Shown here piece after piece: positions 1 through 8,517 of a stretch of DNA of 64,000 bases. The stretch lies in NCBI GenBank assembly GCA_041664365.1, contig JBAYKW010000002.1:85961-149960 (forward strand), written 5' to 3'. A program made the translations under genes and the position numbers. The stretch's first letter is position 1. Each line of letters begins with the position of its first letter. The DNA comes from Patescibacteria group bacterium (lineage in GTDB: Bacteria; Patescibacteriota; Patescibacteriia; UM-FILTER-42-10). The notes beneath the pieces are model-generated. The model saw only the letters and a list, made by a program, of their open reading frames with translations, was not told the DNA's origin and made no database searches.

Positions 1-2
1 AG

Positions 3-1031
3 ATGATCGCTGAAATCAGAAGGAATCTGGATTTCCAGGAAGAGCATGACATGGTTCAGCATAAGTGGACTTTAGGTTTGGAAAGTTTTGGTGAAGCGCT
101 TGATTCCGGGGTGAGGACAATAGAAATGGATATCCGTTCCACCAAAGACGGTCATCCGGTGGTATCACATGCCTTAAAATTGAAAGAAAATATTTTCCAA
201 GGGAAGAAGGTAAGCGAAATGACGCTTGATGAAATTAAAGAAAAATTTCCGGATACATCGAGCATGGATGAAATTTTTGCATTTTTCCAAAAGTACCGCG
301 AAGATCATGAATTAGTACTCGAGTTAAAAGACATAAGCAGTGTGGATGGGATTGTTGAATTGATAAAAAAGTATGATTTAGCGGATGCAGTAAGAATCGC
401 ATCACTGTCACCGGCAATTATTGAAGCAGCATACGAAAAATGCCCCGAGATTAAAGGTTTTCTATTGAATGGTGGGATAACGCCGTTCCTAACTGTCCCA
501 ATCGAAGATGGAGCTGATGGGGATATAGAAAGTAGATTAGAAAAATTTTTATTAAAAGGCACGGATGGTTGGAGGGCGGGCAAGATGGGTTCGGTAGAAA
601 TAGTCTTTTCCGGTGGGACCTACCCAAGCCCCAAGGAAGCAAAATTAAGAGGTGAGGGGGTGCATGCGCAAACAGGTTATGCCTTTTTCCGTATTCCGGA
701 AGAAATGAAAGAAATTTTAGGAGGGGATAGAAGTTCAATTTCACTATCAGCAGTTTTAATCGCCAGCAATATAATTTCACTTTTTTCTAAAAAAACCGGT
801 GAGGAAATGATGCGCTCATACGCGGCTTTGGCGGAGCAGGCCGGTTTAAAAACTATGGCAACGACTTGGATGGAAAAGGCCGGCAAAGTTATCAAACCTC
901 TGCGGCCGGAGGAGCAGTTTAAGCTTCTAAAAAAATTAGGAGTTAATACAATCTATACTTTAAATCCGGCTGAACTGGCTAGGAAAGCTAGAAGTGGTAC
1001 CGATAGTAAAAATGATTCTTCTGCAAGGTAA
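3..1031 (+). CDS. Hypothetical protein, 5' partial. N-terminal half resembles a glycerophosphodiester phosphodiesterase (GDPD) / PI-PLC-X-like TIM barrel.
   Basis: ORF is open from the window edge. ESFGEALDSGVRTIEMDIRSTKDGHPVVSHA follows the GDPD pattern E(N)T..A......G.D.iE.D...TkDG..Vv.HD, but the catalytic HD is replaced by HA. C-terminal 150 aa unrecognised. Confidence 0.4.
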   Translation: MIAEIRRNLDFQEEHDMVQHKWTLGLESFGEALDSGVRTIEMDIRSTKDGHPVVSHALKLKENIFQGKKVSEMTLDEIKEKFPDTSSMDEIFAFFQKYREDHELVLELKDISSVDGIVELIKKYDLADAVRIASLSPAIIEAAYEKCPEIKGFLLNGGITPFLTVPIEDGADGDIESRLEKFLLKGTDGWRAGKMGSVEIVFSGGTYPSPKEAKLRGEGVHAQTGYAFFRIPEEMKEILGGDRSSISLSAVLIASNIISLFSKKTGEEMMRSYAALAEQAGLKTMATTWMEKAGKVIKPLRPEEQFKLLKKLGVNTIYTLNPAELARKARSGTDSKNDSSAR

Positions 1032-1143
1032 TCTGATTGACATCATGTACTGAATAAGTATAATAGAACCATGGGAGTCCTCTTGGCAGGGTCAGGGCAT
1101 TTACTCTGTAAATGCAGCTGGCACCGCCTGAACGGGGACTTTT

Positions 1144-2616
1144 TTGATGGGAAAATCAAGAATATTTCTATACTTTCTGGTCAGCTTTATCTGCGGAATT
1201 GGCATCGCATCATTTGGAGCAGATATCGATCCTTTTTTTACTTATGTTTTATTTTTTGGTTTGACTGTTGTTTTAGTATTCATTTGGCAAAAAAAGTTAT
1301 GGCGGTTATTACTGCTTTGTTTGCTTGGAATTATAATTGGAATTTGGCGTTTTAATTTATCAAAGCCAAATATCAGTGAACAGCACATTGCTTTTTATAA
1401 CGGATCGGAAAAGGAATTCAGGGGAATAATCATTGAAGAACCCGATGTCCGCAAAGAACAGGTAAAGCTGACAGTCAGACCCGAATCGCATGCCGGCAAG
1501 GTGTTGCTTAATACGCAACTGTTTCCGGAATATCAATACGGAGATCGCTTAGAAATAAAATGCAATTTGGAAGCACCGGAAAAAATAGAGGATTTTGCCT
1601 ATGACAAATATTTATCCCGTTTTGGTGTTTATTCAATTTGTTATCGTCCGAAAATAAAAGTTATATCCCAAAATAACGGATCGAGAGTTCTGTCCCATAT
1701 GTTCGGGATAAAAAATAAATTTATCCAAAATATCAACCGGCAGTTGCCGGAACCACAGTCATCATTTCTCGGCGGATTGCTACTGGGTGCGAAGCGGGGA
1801 ATTCCCGATGATCTGATGGAGAATTTTAACCGGACCGGCACAACGCATATCGTGGCGATCTCCGGTTACAATATCACAATCATCGCAGTCCTCTTGCTTT
1901 CTGCGTGCAAAAATTTGAGTATACCGCGCAAAAGAGCGTTCTGGTTGATTGTTACCGCATTGTTGTTTTTTATGCTGATTACCGGCGCGCAGTCTTCAGT
2001 CGTGCGGGCGGTTGTAATGGGAATCGTTATGCTGATTGCCAAACAGCTGGGACGCCTTTCGCGAATTACTAATACCTTGGTACTAACCGCTGTGATTATG
2101 CTGGTTATTAATCCGAAGGTGCTGATATTTGATGCGGGATTTCAGCTTTCATTTTTGGCAACAATGGGATTAATCTATTTATCGCCGATGCTGGAAAAAA
2201 TATTTACCCGCCTGCCGAACATTTTCCAAATCAGGGAGTCATTTATTGCAACAACGTCAGCCACAATATTTACATTACCCCTGATACTTTTTCAATTTGG
2301 CAGATTGTCTGTTGTAGCGATCTTGGTTAACATATTGATTCTGCCGATAATCCCGTTTGCTATGGGTGTCGGTTTTTTAACCGGATTATTATCATTTATT
2401 TTTCCTCCGCTAGCAACCGTGTTTTCGTGGATAGTCTGGCTGATGCTTGCCTATATTATTAAGGTTGTGGAATTATTTTCTGATCTACAATTTGCTTCCA
2501 TCAATATTTCTGAATTTTCCCTGGCAATGCTGATCGCCGGTTATTTATTAATTGCTGTTTTGATGATCATTGTTGCAAGAAGACAAAAGCGATTTGATGA
2601 ACTTCAAATGACATAA
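1144..2616 (+). CDS. comEC: ComEC/Rec2-family DNA internalisation channel. Carries the N-terminal DUF4131-like region and the polytopic competence domain, but no metallo-beta-lactamase domain.
   Basis: 490 aa with many TM helices. GTTHIVAISGYNITIIAVLLL matches the ComEC competence-domain motif (HLLAISGLHV...). Soluble OB-like segment between the first and later TM helices. Confidence 0.75.
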   Translation: MMGKSRIFLYFLVSFICGIGIASFGADIDPFFTYVLFFGLTVVLVFIWQKKLWRLLLLCLLGIIIGIWRFNLSKPNISEQHIAFYNGSEKEFRGIIIEEPDVRKEQVKLTVRPESHAGKVLLNTQLFPEYQYGDRLEIKCNLEAPEKIEDFAYDKYLSRFGVYSICYRPKIKVISQNNGSRVLSHMFGIKNKFIQNINRQLPEPQSSFLGGLLLGAKRGIPDDLMENFNRTGTTHIVAISGYNITIIAVLLLSACKNLSIPRKRAFWLIVTALLFFMLITGAQSSVVRAVVMGIVMLIAKQLGRLSRITNTLVLTAVIMLVINPKVLIFDAGFQLSFLATMGLIYLSPMLEKIFTRLPNIFQIRESFIATTSATIFTLPLILFQFGRLSVVAILVNILILPIIPFAMGVGFLTGLLSFIFPPLATVFSWIVWLMLAYIIKVVELFSDLQFASINISEFSLAMLIAGYLLIAVLMIIVARRQKRFDELQMT

Positions 2617-2714
2617 AAATTAATTGACTTTTTAAGTAAATATTATATGCTTGATGTAGAAAAATGCGACTTTTTAAGTAATTTTGTTGTTGATTCAATA
2701 ACTATAATAAGTGT

Positions 2715-3920
2715 ATGAAAAATATCGGAATTATCACCGGTGGTGGCGACGGAGGAGGACTAAATGCGGTTATTAAAGGTGCCGCGCAAATGGCCGGCCG
2801 GAAAGGCGTCAAAACTTTTGCCATACCTAACGGCTATGCCGGATTATATAATTTGATTGATATGGATTCATTGGTTGAATTGACGCCGTCCAGGTTGGAT
2901 GTTTTTAGTATAAATTTAGCGGGATCAGAAGCCGGTCATTCACGGGTGAAAATTGCCAAGATTGAAGACGAGAATAAATATGAGCGAATTAAAGCAGGTC
3001 TTGCAAAATTTGAAATTGACGGCCTGGTAATCAGTGGTGGTGACGATACGGGCAGTGTGATATTGGACCTGGATAAGCACGGTATAAAATGCGTGCACGC
3101 TCCAAAAACTATGGATTTGGACCTGATGTCATATTCTGTCGGTGGAGATTCAGCTATTGAGCGCCTGGCCGGATTTATCCGCGACATTGAAACAACCGGC
3201 CGTACGCATAATCGGATTATGGTTTTGGAAACATTCGGCCGTTATGCCGGGCACAATGCTTTCCGCGGAGGCGTGGCTGGTGAATGCGATGCAATCTTGA
3301 TTCCGGAAATTCCGGTGGATTTTGACGAGCTTTACCGCCACATGAAAAAAGTATTCACCAAAAGGATTATCGAAAGTGATATCAATGCCGGTACTTATAT
3401 TATTGTGGTTGCGGAGGGTTTTAAAGACGCATCCGGAGAAGACATTCATGATTCTTCTGTTGGACTTGATTCGTTCGGGCATAAAAAACTTACCGGGGCC
3501 GGTAAATACGTCGCAAAGGAGTTGGAGCGAAGACTGGAAAGTGATCCGGAAATCAAACAGTTTATGCAGGAGCAGGGAATGTATGTGGAAGGAATATACG
3601 ACACACCCGAAGTCAGAGCCGTTGTACCTAGTCATTTGGTGCGTAGTGGATTTACGTCTGCCTATGACGCTAATTTTGGCATAGAGGCGGGTGCAGGGGC
3701 AGCATATCTGCTTTTGGAGGGAGTACACAATGTTACAGTGACCGGATTCAAAGATGGAGTATTTCACTATATGGATGTTGCAGAGGCTATCAAACGCCGT
3801 TCGGTTGATCTGGAGCAAGTTGCTTTATATGAGCAGGTAGGTTTCTGTTTCGGGCGAGTACGACAAGATTTCACAGCTAAACACAAGAAGGTAACGGGTA
3901 AAATAGATCGGATTTATTAG
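2715..3920 (+). CDS. 6-phosphofructokinase, PfkA family. The GGDD motif suggests the PPi-dependent type.
   Basis: N-terminal IGIITGGGDGGGLNAVIKG. Active-site ISGGDDTGS (ATP-PFKs have GGDGS; PPi-PFKs have GGDD). MVLETFGRYAGH resembles the PFK MGR motif. Confidence 0.8.
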   Translation: MKNIGIITGGGDGGGLNAVIKGAAQMAGRKGVKTFAIPNGYAGLYNLIDMDSLVELTPSRLDVFSINLAGSEAGHSRVKIAKIEDENKYERIKAGLAKFEIDGLVISGGDDTGSVILDLDKHGIKCVHAPKTMDLDLMSYSVGGDSAIERLAGFIRDIETTGRTHNRIMVLETFGRYAGHNAFRGGVAGECDAILIPEIPVDFDELYRHMKKVFTKRIIESDINAGTYIIVVAEGFKDASGEDIHDSSVGLDSFGHKKLTGAGKYVAKELERRLESDPEIKQFMQEQGMYVEGIYDTPEVRAVVPSHLVRSGFTSAYDANFGIEAGAGAAYLLLEGVHNVTVTGFKDGVFHYMDVAEAIKRRSVDLEQVALYEQVGFCFGRVRQDFTAKHKKVTGKIDRIY

Positions 3921-3943
3921 ATTTAAATATAAAGAATTTTATT

Positions 3944-5281
3944 ATGAGCGAAACATTACAGACTGATAATCAGAAGTTCGACGTAGATACTTTGGTTAAA
4001 GATTTGGTTATGACCGACAGTATCGATGAGAAGCAGAAGATTACTTCTGATATTTTCAAGATAGCAAAGTCAAAAGGAATTTATTTAAGCTCAATTAATG
4101 ATCTGTATAGAGCATACGGAGAGGGGAAATGTTCCGGGTTTACTGTTCCGGCAATTAATTTAAGAAGCCTGACGTATTATCTGGCGAAATCGGTTTTTCG
4201 AGTGGCAAAAAATAATAATACCGGATCATTTATTTTTGAGCTTGCGAAATCTGAAATGGGTTATTCGCATCAAACGCCCGTTGAATATGTTGGAGTAATC
4301 CTGGCAGCTGCAATAAAAGAAGAATATTCCGGACCGGTATTCATCCAGGGAGACCACTTTCAGGCAAAACTCGAAAATTTTATTGCCGACAGAGAAAACG
4401 AGATACAGTCATTAAAAAGCATTATCGATGATTCTGTTGCCGCCGGTTTTATGAATATTGATATCGATTCGTCTACACTTGTAAATCTTGATAGAGAAAG
4501 CATCGTTGAACAACAGCGCGATAATTTTGAAATCTGCGCAATATTAACAAAATATATCCGAGATATTCAGCCGGAAGGGGTTAATATATCCATTGGCGGG
4601 GAGATCGGCGAGGTTGGAAAAAAGAACAGTACAGCGGAAGAGCTAAAAGTATTTATGGAAGGGTATAACGAAGCATTAGGATCTGATCGGGAAGGTATCA
4701 GTAAAATCAGCATTCAAACCGGCACTTCGCATGGTGGTGTCGTTTTGCCGGACGGTTCGATTGCGCAGGTAAAGGTGGATTTTGCCACGCATAAAGAGCT
4801 GTCGGTATTCGCCCGGGAAAAATACAATTTAGGCGGTACCGTACAGCACGGCGCATCCACACTGCCCGATTCAGCGTTTCACAATTTGCCGGAGAATGAA
4901 TGTTTGGAGGTTCATTTGGCCACGAATTTTCAGAATATGATATACGATAGTGCAATTTTCCCCAGTGAACTAAGGGATAAAATGTATAAATGGATTTGGG
5001 ATAATATGTCCGATGAAAAAAAGGAAGATCAAACGGATGATCAGTTCATTTATAAATCCAGAAAAAAGCCCCTGGGAATATTCAAAAAAGAAATCATGAA
5101 CTTACCGGAAGCAGTGAAAGAGGGTATTGCAAAAGAAATTGAAGAAAAGTTTGATTTTCTGTTCAAACAGTTAAAAGTAAATGATACAAAGGATATTGTA
5201 AATGAATTCATCAAACCGAATAATTTTGAATTCAATTTCAAGCCGTCAGAATCAAAATTAGACGGCGAGGGTGCCGATTAA
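3944..5281 (+). CDS. fba: Class II fructose-bisphosphate aldolase, long form.
   Basis: FTVPAINL, IQGDHF, GTSHGG and VQHGASTLPD are hallmark class II FBA/tagatose-bisphosphate aldolase motifs. Lies directly downstream of the PFK gene. Confidence 0.75.
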   Translation: MSETLQTDNQKFDVDTLVKDLVMTDSIDEKQKITSDIFKIAKSKGIYLSSINDLYRAYGEGKCSGFTVPAINLRSLTYYLAKSVFRVAKNNNTGSFIFELAKSEMGYSHQTPVEYVGVILAAAIKEEYSGPVFIQGDHFQAKLENFIADRENEIQSLKSIIDDSVAAGFMNIDIDSSTLVNLDRESIVEQQRDNFEICAILTKYIRDIQPEGVNISIGGEIGEVGKKNSTAEELKVFMEGYNEALGSDREGISKISIQTGTSHGGVVLPDGSIAQVKVDFATHKELSVFAREKYNLGGTVQHGASTLPDSAFHNLPENECLEVHLATNFQNMIYDSAIFPSELRDKMYKWIWDNMSDEKKEDQTDDQFIYKSRKKPLGIFKKEIMNLPEAVKEGIAKEIEEKFDFLFKQLKVNDTKDIVNEFIKPNNFEFNFKPSESKLDGEGAD

Positions 5282-5340
5282 ATTTATCAAATATCTTTTA
5301 TAATTGAATAGTAGTTGGGCGTCCGCGTGTTGAGGATGCA

Positions 5341-6207
5341 ATGATCAAAAAAATCAGTTTAATAACACTATCCATCGGGGTAGTGTTATTTTTGGCAATT
5401 TATATTTTTGGTAAAAATAATTCAGAGCTGAAAATATATTTTCTGGATGTCGGTCAAGGGGATGCCATCCTGATTCGTACGCCGGAAAATCAGGATATTT
5501 TAATTGATGGCGGGCCGGGCAATATGGTTGTAAATGAAATAGGCAAATTCTTGCCGTTTTATGACCGTGATATTGAACTGATGATTCTGACGCACGCTCA
5601 TTCCGATCATGTTTCCGGGCTAGTGGAAGTGCTTAAACGCTACGAGGTCGATCAAGTGCTTTTTTCCGGGGACGTTATACATAATGCGCCAGATTATTTA
5701 GCATGGCTTGATATTATTTTAGAAAAATCAATTCCGCTAAAAGTTGCAACCTGTTGTGAAACATATAAATTGGGTGATCAGCTGGAATTACAAATCCTTT
5801 ATCCCTTCGAAGATTATTCCGGGAAAGAGCCTGAGGATCTTAATGAAAGCTCTGTTGTATCCCGTCTGGTGTATAAAGATAGAGAGTTTCTGTTTACTGG
5901 TGATGCGCCGATTGAGGTGGAGGAAAAGCTGATTGAAAAAATGATACATATTGAATCGGATATTTTGAAAGTTGGGCATCATGGCAGTAAATATTCCTCC
6001 GGTGAACTATTTTTGGATGCTGTAAGTCCTGACTATGCGGTTATTCAATCCGGGGAGGGAAATAGTTTCGGTCATCCGCATTTTAAATCAATTAATAATC
6101 TGCAAAAACTTAATATAGAAATAATTCGAAATGACCAGTGCGGGACAATTACTATGGAGACCGATGGTATTGATCTGGAACTAAGCAGCGAAAGGTGTGA
6201 TTTATGA
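5341..6207 (+). CDS. Membrane-anchored metallo-beta-lactamase domain protein. Corresponds to the C-terminal MBL domain of ComEC, here encoded as a separate gene.
   Basis: N-terminal TM helix, then YFLDVGQGDAILI (the typical start of the ComEC beta-lactamase domain). ILTHAHSDHVSGL is an HxHxDH zinc motif. KVGHHGS. Confidence 0.75.
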   Translation: MIKKISLITLSIGVVLFLAIYIFGKNNSELKIYFLDVGQGDAILIRTPENQDILIDGGPGNMVVNEIGKFLPFYDRDIELMILTHAHSDHVSGLVEVLKRYEVDQVLFSGDVIHNAPDYLAWLDIILEKSIPLKVATCCETYKLGDQLELQILYPFEDYSGKEPEDLNESSVVSRLVYKDREFLFTGDAPIEVEEKLIEKMIHIESDILKVGHHGSKYSSGELFLDAVSPDYAVIQSGEGNSFGHPHFKSINNLQKLNIEIIRNDQCGTITMETDGIDLELSSERCDL

Positions 6208-6719
6208 AGCGTTATAATATTCCAGGGTATGTGCATTTTGTGACCACGAGAACATATAACAGTGTCCCGTATTTTGGTGATGATGTTTGCTGTCAGATTT
6301 TGTTGGATGTTATCAATCGATTGAGATATGAATTAAAATTCCATCTGGTTGGGTTCGTATTTATTCCGAATCATGTGCATTTATTGCTAAAACTTTGGAT
6401 AGGTTCGAATTTATTCGAACCGGAAGCGAATGAATTCGCTTCTACCCGTGGTAATATATCTTACGTTGTTCAACGAATAAAAGGGACAAGCGCCAGAGAA
6501 ATAGATAGGTATCTTAAAAGAACAGGGAATGTTTGGCAAAAAAGCTTTTACGACTTCAACATCTATTCAGAAAGAAAATTTATCGAAAAACTGGACTATA
6601 TTCATAACAACCCGGTCAAGCACGGGTATGTGCAAAATCCGGAGGATTGGAAATATTCTTCATGGCATAATTACTACCAGGACGATGATTCAATAATGAT
6701 AATTGATAAAATTGATTGA
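6204..6719 (+). CDS. IS200/IS605-family Y1 (HUH) transposase of the REP-associated tyrosine transposase (RAYT, YafM-like) type.
   Basis: FIPNHVHLLL is the HuH motif. YIHNNPVKHGYV...W.YSSW is the conserved RAYT C-terminal catalytic-Tyr region. About 170 aa. Overlaps the upstream gene by 4 nt. REP-like hairpins follow it. Confidence 0.75.
   Translation: MKRYNIPGYVHFVTTRTYNSVPYFGDDVCCQILLDVINRLRYELKFHLVGFVFIPNHVHLLLKLWIGSNLFEPEANEFASTRGNISYVVQRIKGTSAREIDRYLKRTGNVWQKSFYDFNIYSERKFIEKLDYIHNNPVKHGYVQNPEDWKYSSWHNYYQDDDSIMIIDKID
6396..6445. repeat. Copy of the twin-hairpin miniature repeat, lying inside the RAYT ORF in frame. Encodes WIGSNLFEPEANEFAST.
   Basis: ttggataggttcgaatttattcgaaccggaagcgaatgaattcgcttct. 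Hairpin 1 is ggttcgaat-tt-attcgaacc and hairpin 2 is aagcgaat-ga-attcgctt. Near-identical to 6843-6900 and shares hairpin 2 with 49000 and 49955. Confidence 0.6.
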
Positions 6720-6737
6720 TTGTGATTATTGGTTAGC

Positions 6738-6757
6738 TCGGGTGACGTCACCCGAGA
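6738..6757. repeat. Perfect 20-bp palindrome ctcgggTGACGTCAcccgag (REP-like hairpin) immediately downstream of the RAYT gene.
   Basis: Self-complementary by inspection. Shares its TGACGTCA core with the palindromes at 28076-28107 and 28161-28178. Confidence 0.7.
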
Positions 6758-6842
6758 TACCCGAGGTCAGATTCATTCAAATCTTGATTATCATTGGATA
6801 GGTTCGAATTAATCAATTCTAGAATAATTATTACAGTATAGT

Positions 6843-6900
6843 TTTTGGATAGGTTCGAATTTATTCGAACCGGGCGCGAATGAATTTGCTTTTACCCAAA
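6843..6900. repeat. Intergenic copy of the twin-hairpin miniature repeat. A partial copy lies at 6793-6815.
   Basis: tttttggataggttcgaatttattcgaaccgggcgcgaatgaatttgcttttaccc is about 85% identical to 6396-6445. ttggataggttcgaat occurs three times between 6396 and 6860. Confidence 0.65.
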
Positions 6901-6917
6901 TAGGATATCATTCGCTA

Positions 6918-6961
6918 TAAAATAAATAAAAAACACCCGTCCCATGTTAGTCTGGGACGGG
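6918..6961 (-). terminator. Rho-independent terminator for the minus-strand GC-rich gene.
   Basis: Hairpin cccgtccca-tgttagtc-tgggacggg at 6936-6961. The flanking plus-strand A-run aaataaataaaaaac is a U-tract on the minus strand. Confidence 0.6.
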
Positions 6962-7007
6962 CCACGAATGGAAGGCTCAAGCCTTCAACGTGTCCGACGC
7001 GTGTCGG

Positions 7008-7535
7008 TTACGCGCGGATCACGCCGCTCGTGTTCGCCGTCTTGGCGTCCTGCGTCTTGGTCGTCTTCTTGGCCACCACGGCCGACTTGGGGACTTCGAG
7101 ACTGCTGGTGATGATCACGTGCTCGGCCAGGAGAATTCCACTGGCATCACGAGTTCTCCCCTCGAAGGCGCTGTGGTCATCTCGACTACTGCTCGTCGTC
7201 GCTTCGTGCTTCGTCAGTGACGCATAGTCCGTCGTCTGGAGGACCAGCGTCGAGTTCGCCTCGATGATCGCGGTCGCGCTGATGAACATGAGCACATCGG
7301 CGTTTTCCGCATACTTCGCATCCGCGATCGCCGTCGTCTTGTTGTTGACGTGCGCGATCGTGCCGTCGTTCTGCGCAAAGGCCCAAGCGAGGGTCGTTGC
7401 GCTGCTCAGCTCGTCGGTCCGCGGGGCCGTAGCATACGCGTTGCTCGCGCTCGCGTTGGCCGCCGCCGTCATGATCACGAGAGTCGCCATGATCGTCACG
7501 AAGACCGCGAATCGCGGCCGATGTAGTCGTCTCAT
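7008..7535 (-). CDS. Secreted protein of unknown function, encoded in a GC-rich islet.
   Basis: Start MRRLHRPRFAVFVTIMATLVIMTAAANASA is a signal peptide. GGAGG RBS 8 nt upstream (7544-7548). Region is about 60% GC, against an AT-rich background. Ala/Thr/Ser-rich. Confidence 0.55.
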   Translation of the reverse strand: MRRLHRPRFAVFVTIMATLVIMTAAANASASNAYATAPRTDELSSATTLAWAFAQNDGTIAHVNNKTTAIADAKYAENADVLMFISATAIIEANSTLVLQTTDYASLTKHEATTSSSRDDHSAFEGRTRDASGILLAEHVIITSSLEVPKSAVVAKKTTKTQDAKTANTSGVIRA

Positions 7536-7915
7536 GACAGTTTCCTCCATCCATGAAGGTTTTGTCGCGTCAGTGACGACAAGCTAGGATGTGCGACATT
7601 GTGATGAGCCGCGCAAACAAAAGACCTCCTTTCGGTCAGAAGTGGTAACAAGCATCCCTTTCCGAAGCTTGTTTGGTAGGTGCAATGAAATGCCCAAGGA
7701 AGGGCACTTTATTTATACCACTTGGCTAATCTTAGGTCAAATAGTTAAGATAGTAACTAGTAACAAGTAGCTAGCAATCGGACGGATAATCATTAAATCA
7801 GAATAGGTTTCCAGTTACTGATTACATGTTCCTGCTTACTAATAAATAGATTATTCTAAAATTAACATCCTATATCTCTCTATATAAAAAATGTAAAATT
7901 TGATAAAATACAAAA

Positions 7916-8482
7916 ATGAAAGGATCAACACACGCCGTTATCGGCGCAAATACTGTCTGGGTGCTGGCATTGTTTTCCGGTTTTTCCTGGAACCCTTTTT
8001 TAATTTTAATGGGGGCCCTGGGTGGTTTACTACCTGATTTGGACGCGTCTGATTCCAAAATTAAACACTTGGAAGTCGGTTACGGAAAAGGAAAAAATCG
8101 AATCGCGCTGAAACCTTTTTATTTGATCAGCTGGATTGTGTCATCCATTTTTAAACATAGGGGAGCTTTCCATTCCATACTGGCTGTGATCTTGGTGGGG
8201 TGGGGAAGTTTTTTCCTGTTTTTGTTTTTGAGTCAGTGGGTAGAAATTCTCGGCCACGAGTTTTGGTTAGTATTAACCTTGGGTTATGCGAGTCATATCA
8301 TTGCTGACGGCATGACTCATCATGGCGTTCCTCTACTTTGGCCCTGGAAGTGGAATTTTCACATGTTGCCCAAACCGCTTAGGGTTAGAACGGGAGGAAT
8401 CACTGAGAGGATTCTATATGTTGTATTATTGCTTACCCTGGCATTATTTGTCATCAATAGTTATTCATTTATTCAAATATGA
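7916..8482 (+). CDS. Membrane-bound metal-dependent hydrolase, YdjM/DUF457 family.
   Basis: His/Asp-bearing TM helices: HAVIGA...LPDLDA...GAFHS...ASHIIADGMTHHGVPLLWPW, typical of the LexA-regulated YdjM family. Confidence 0.5.
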   Translation: MKGSTHAVIGANTVWVLALFSGFSWNPFLILMGALGGLLPDLDASDSKIKHLEVGYGKGKNRIALKPFYLISWIVSSIFKHRGAFHSILAVILVGWGSFFLFLFLSQWVEILGHEFWLVLTLGYASHIIADGMTHHGVPLLWPWKWNFHMLPKPLRVRTGGITERILYVVLLLTLALFVINSYSFIQI

Positions 8483-8517
8483 TATAATACAAACAGCTTA
8501 TCAATAACGTAAATACA

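Noticed and set aside
3150-3818. 222-aa antisense ORF inside the phosphofructokinase gene.
   Set aside because: It is fully embedded antisense to a strongly supported conserved gene and has no recognisable motif.
6990-7587. Multiple overlapping ORFs on both strands in GC islet 1 (76, 65, 122 and 107 aa).
   Set aside because: Same GC-driven artefact. Only the minus-strand ORF has an RBS, a signal peptide and a terminator.
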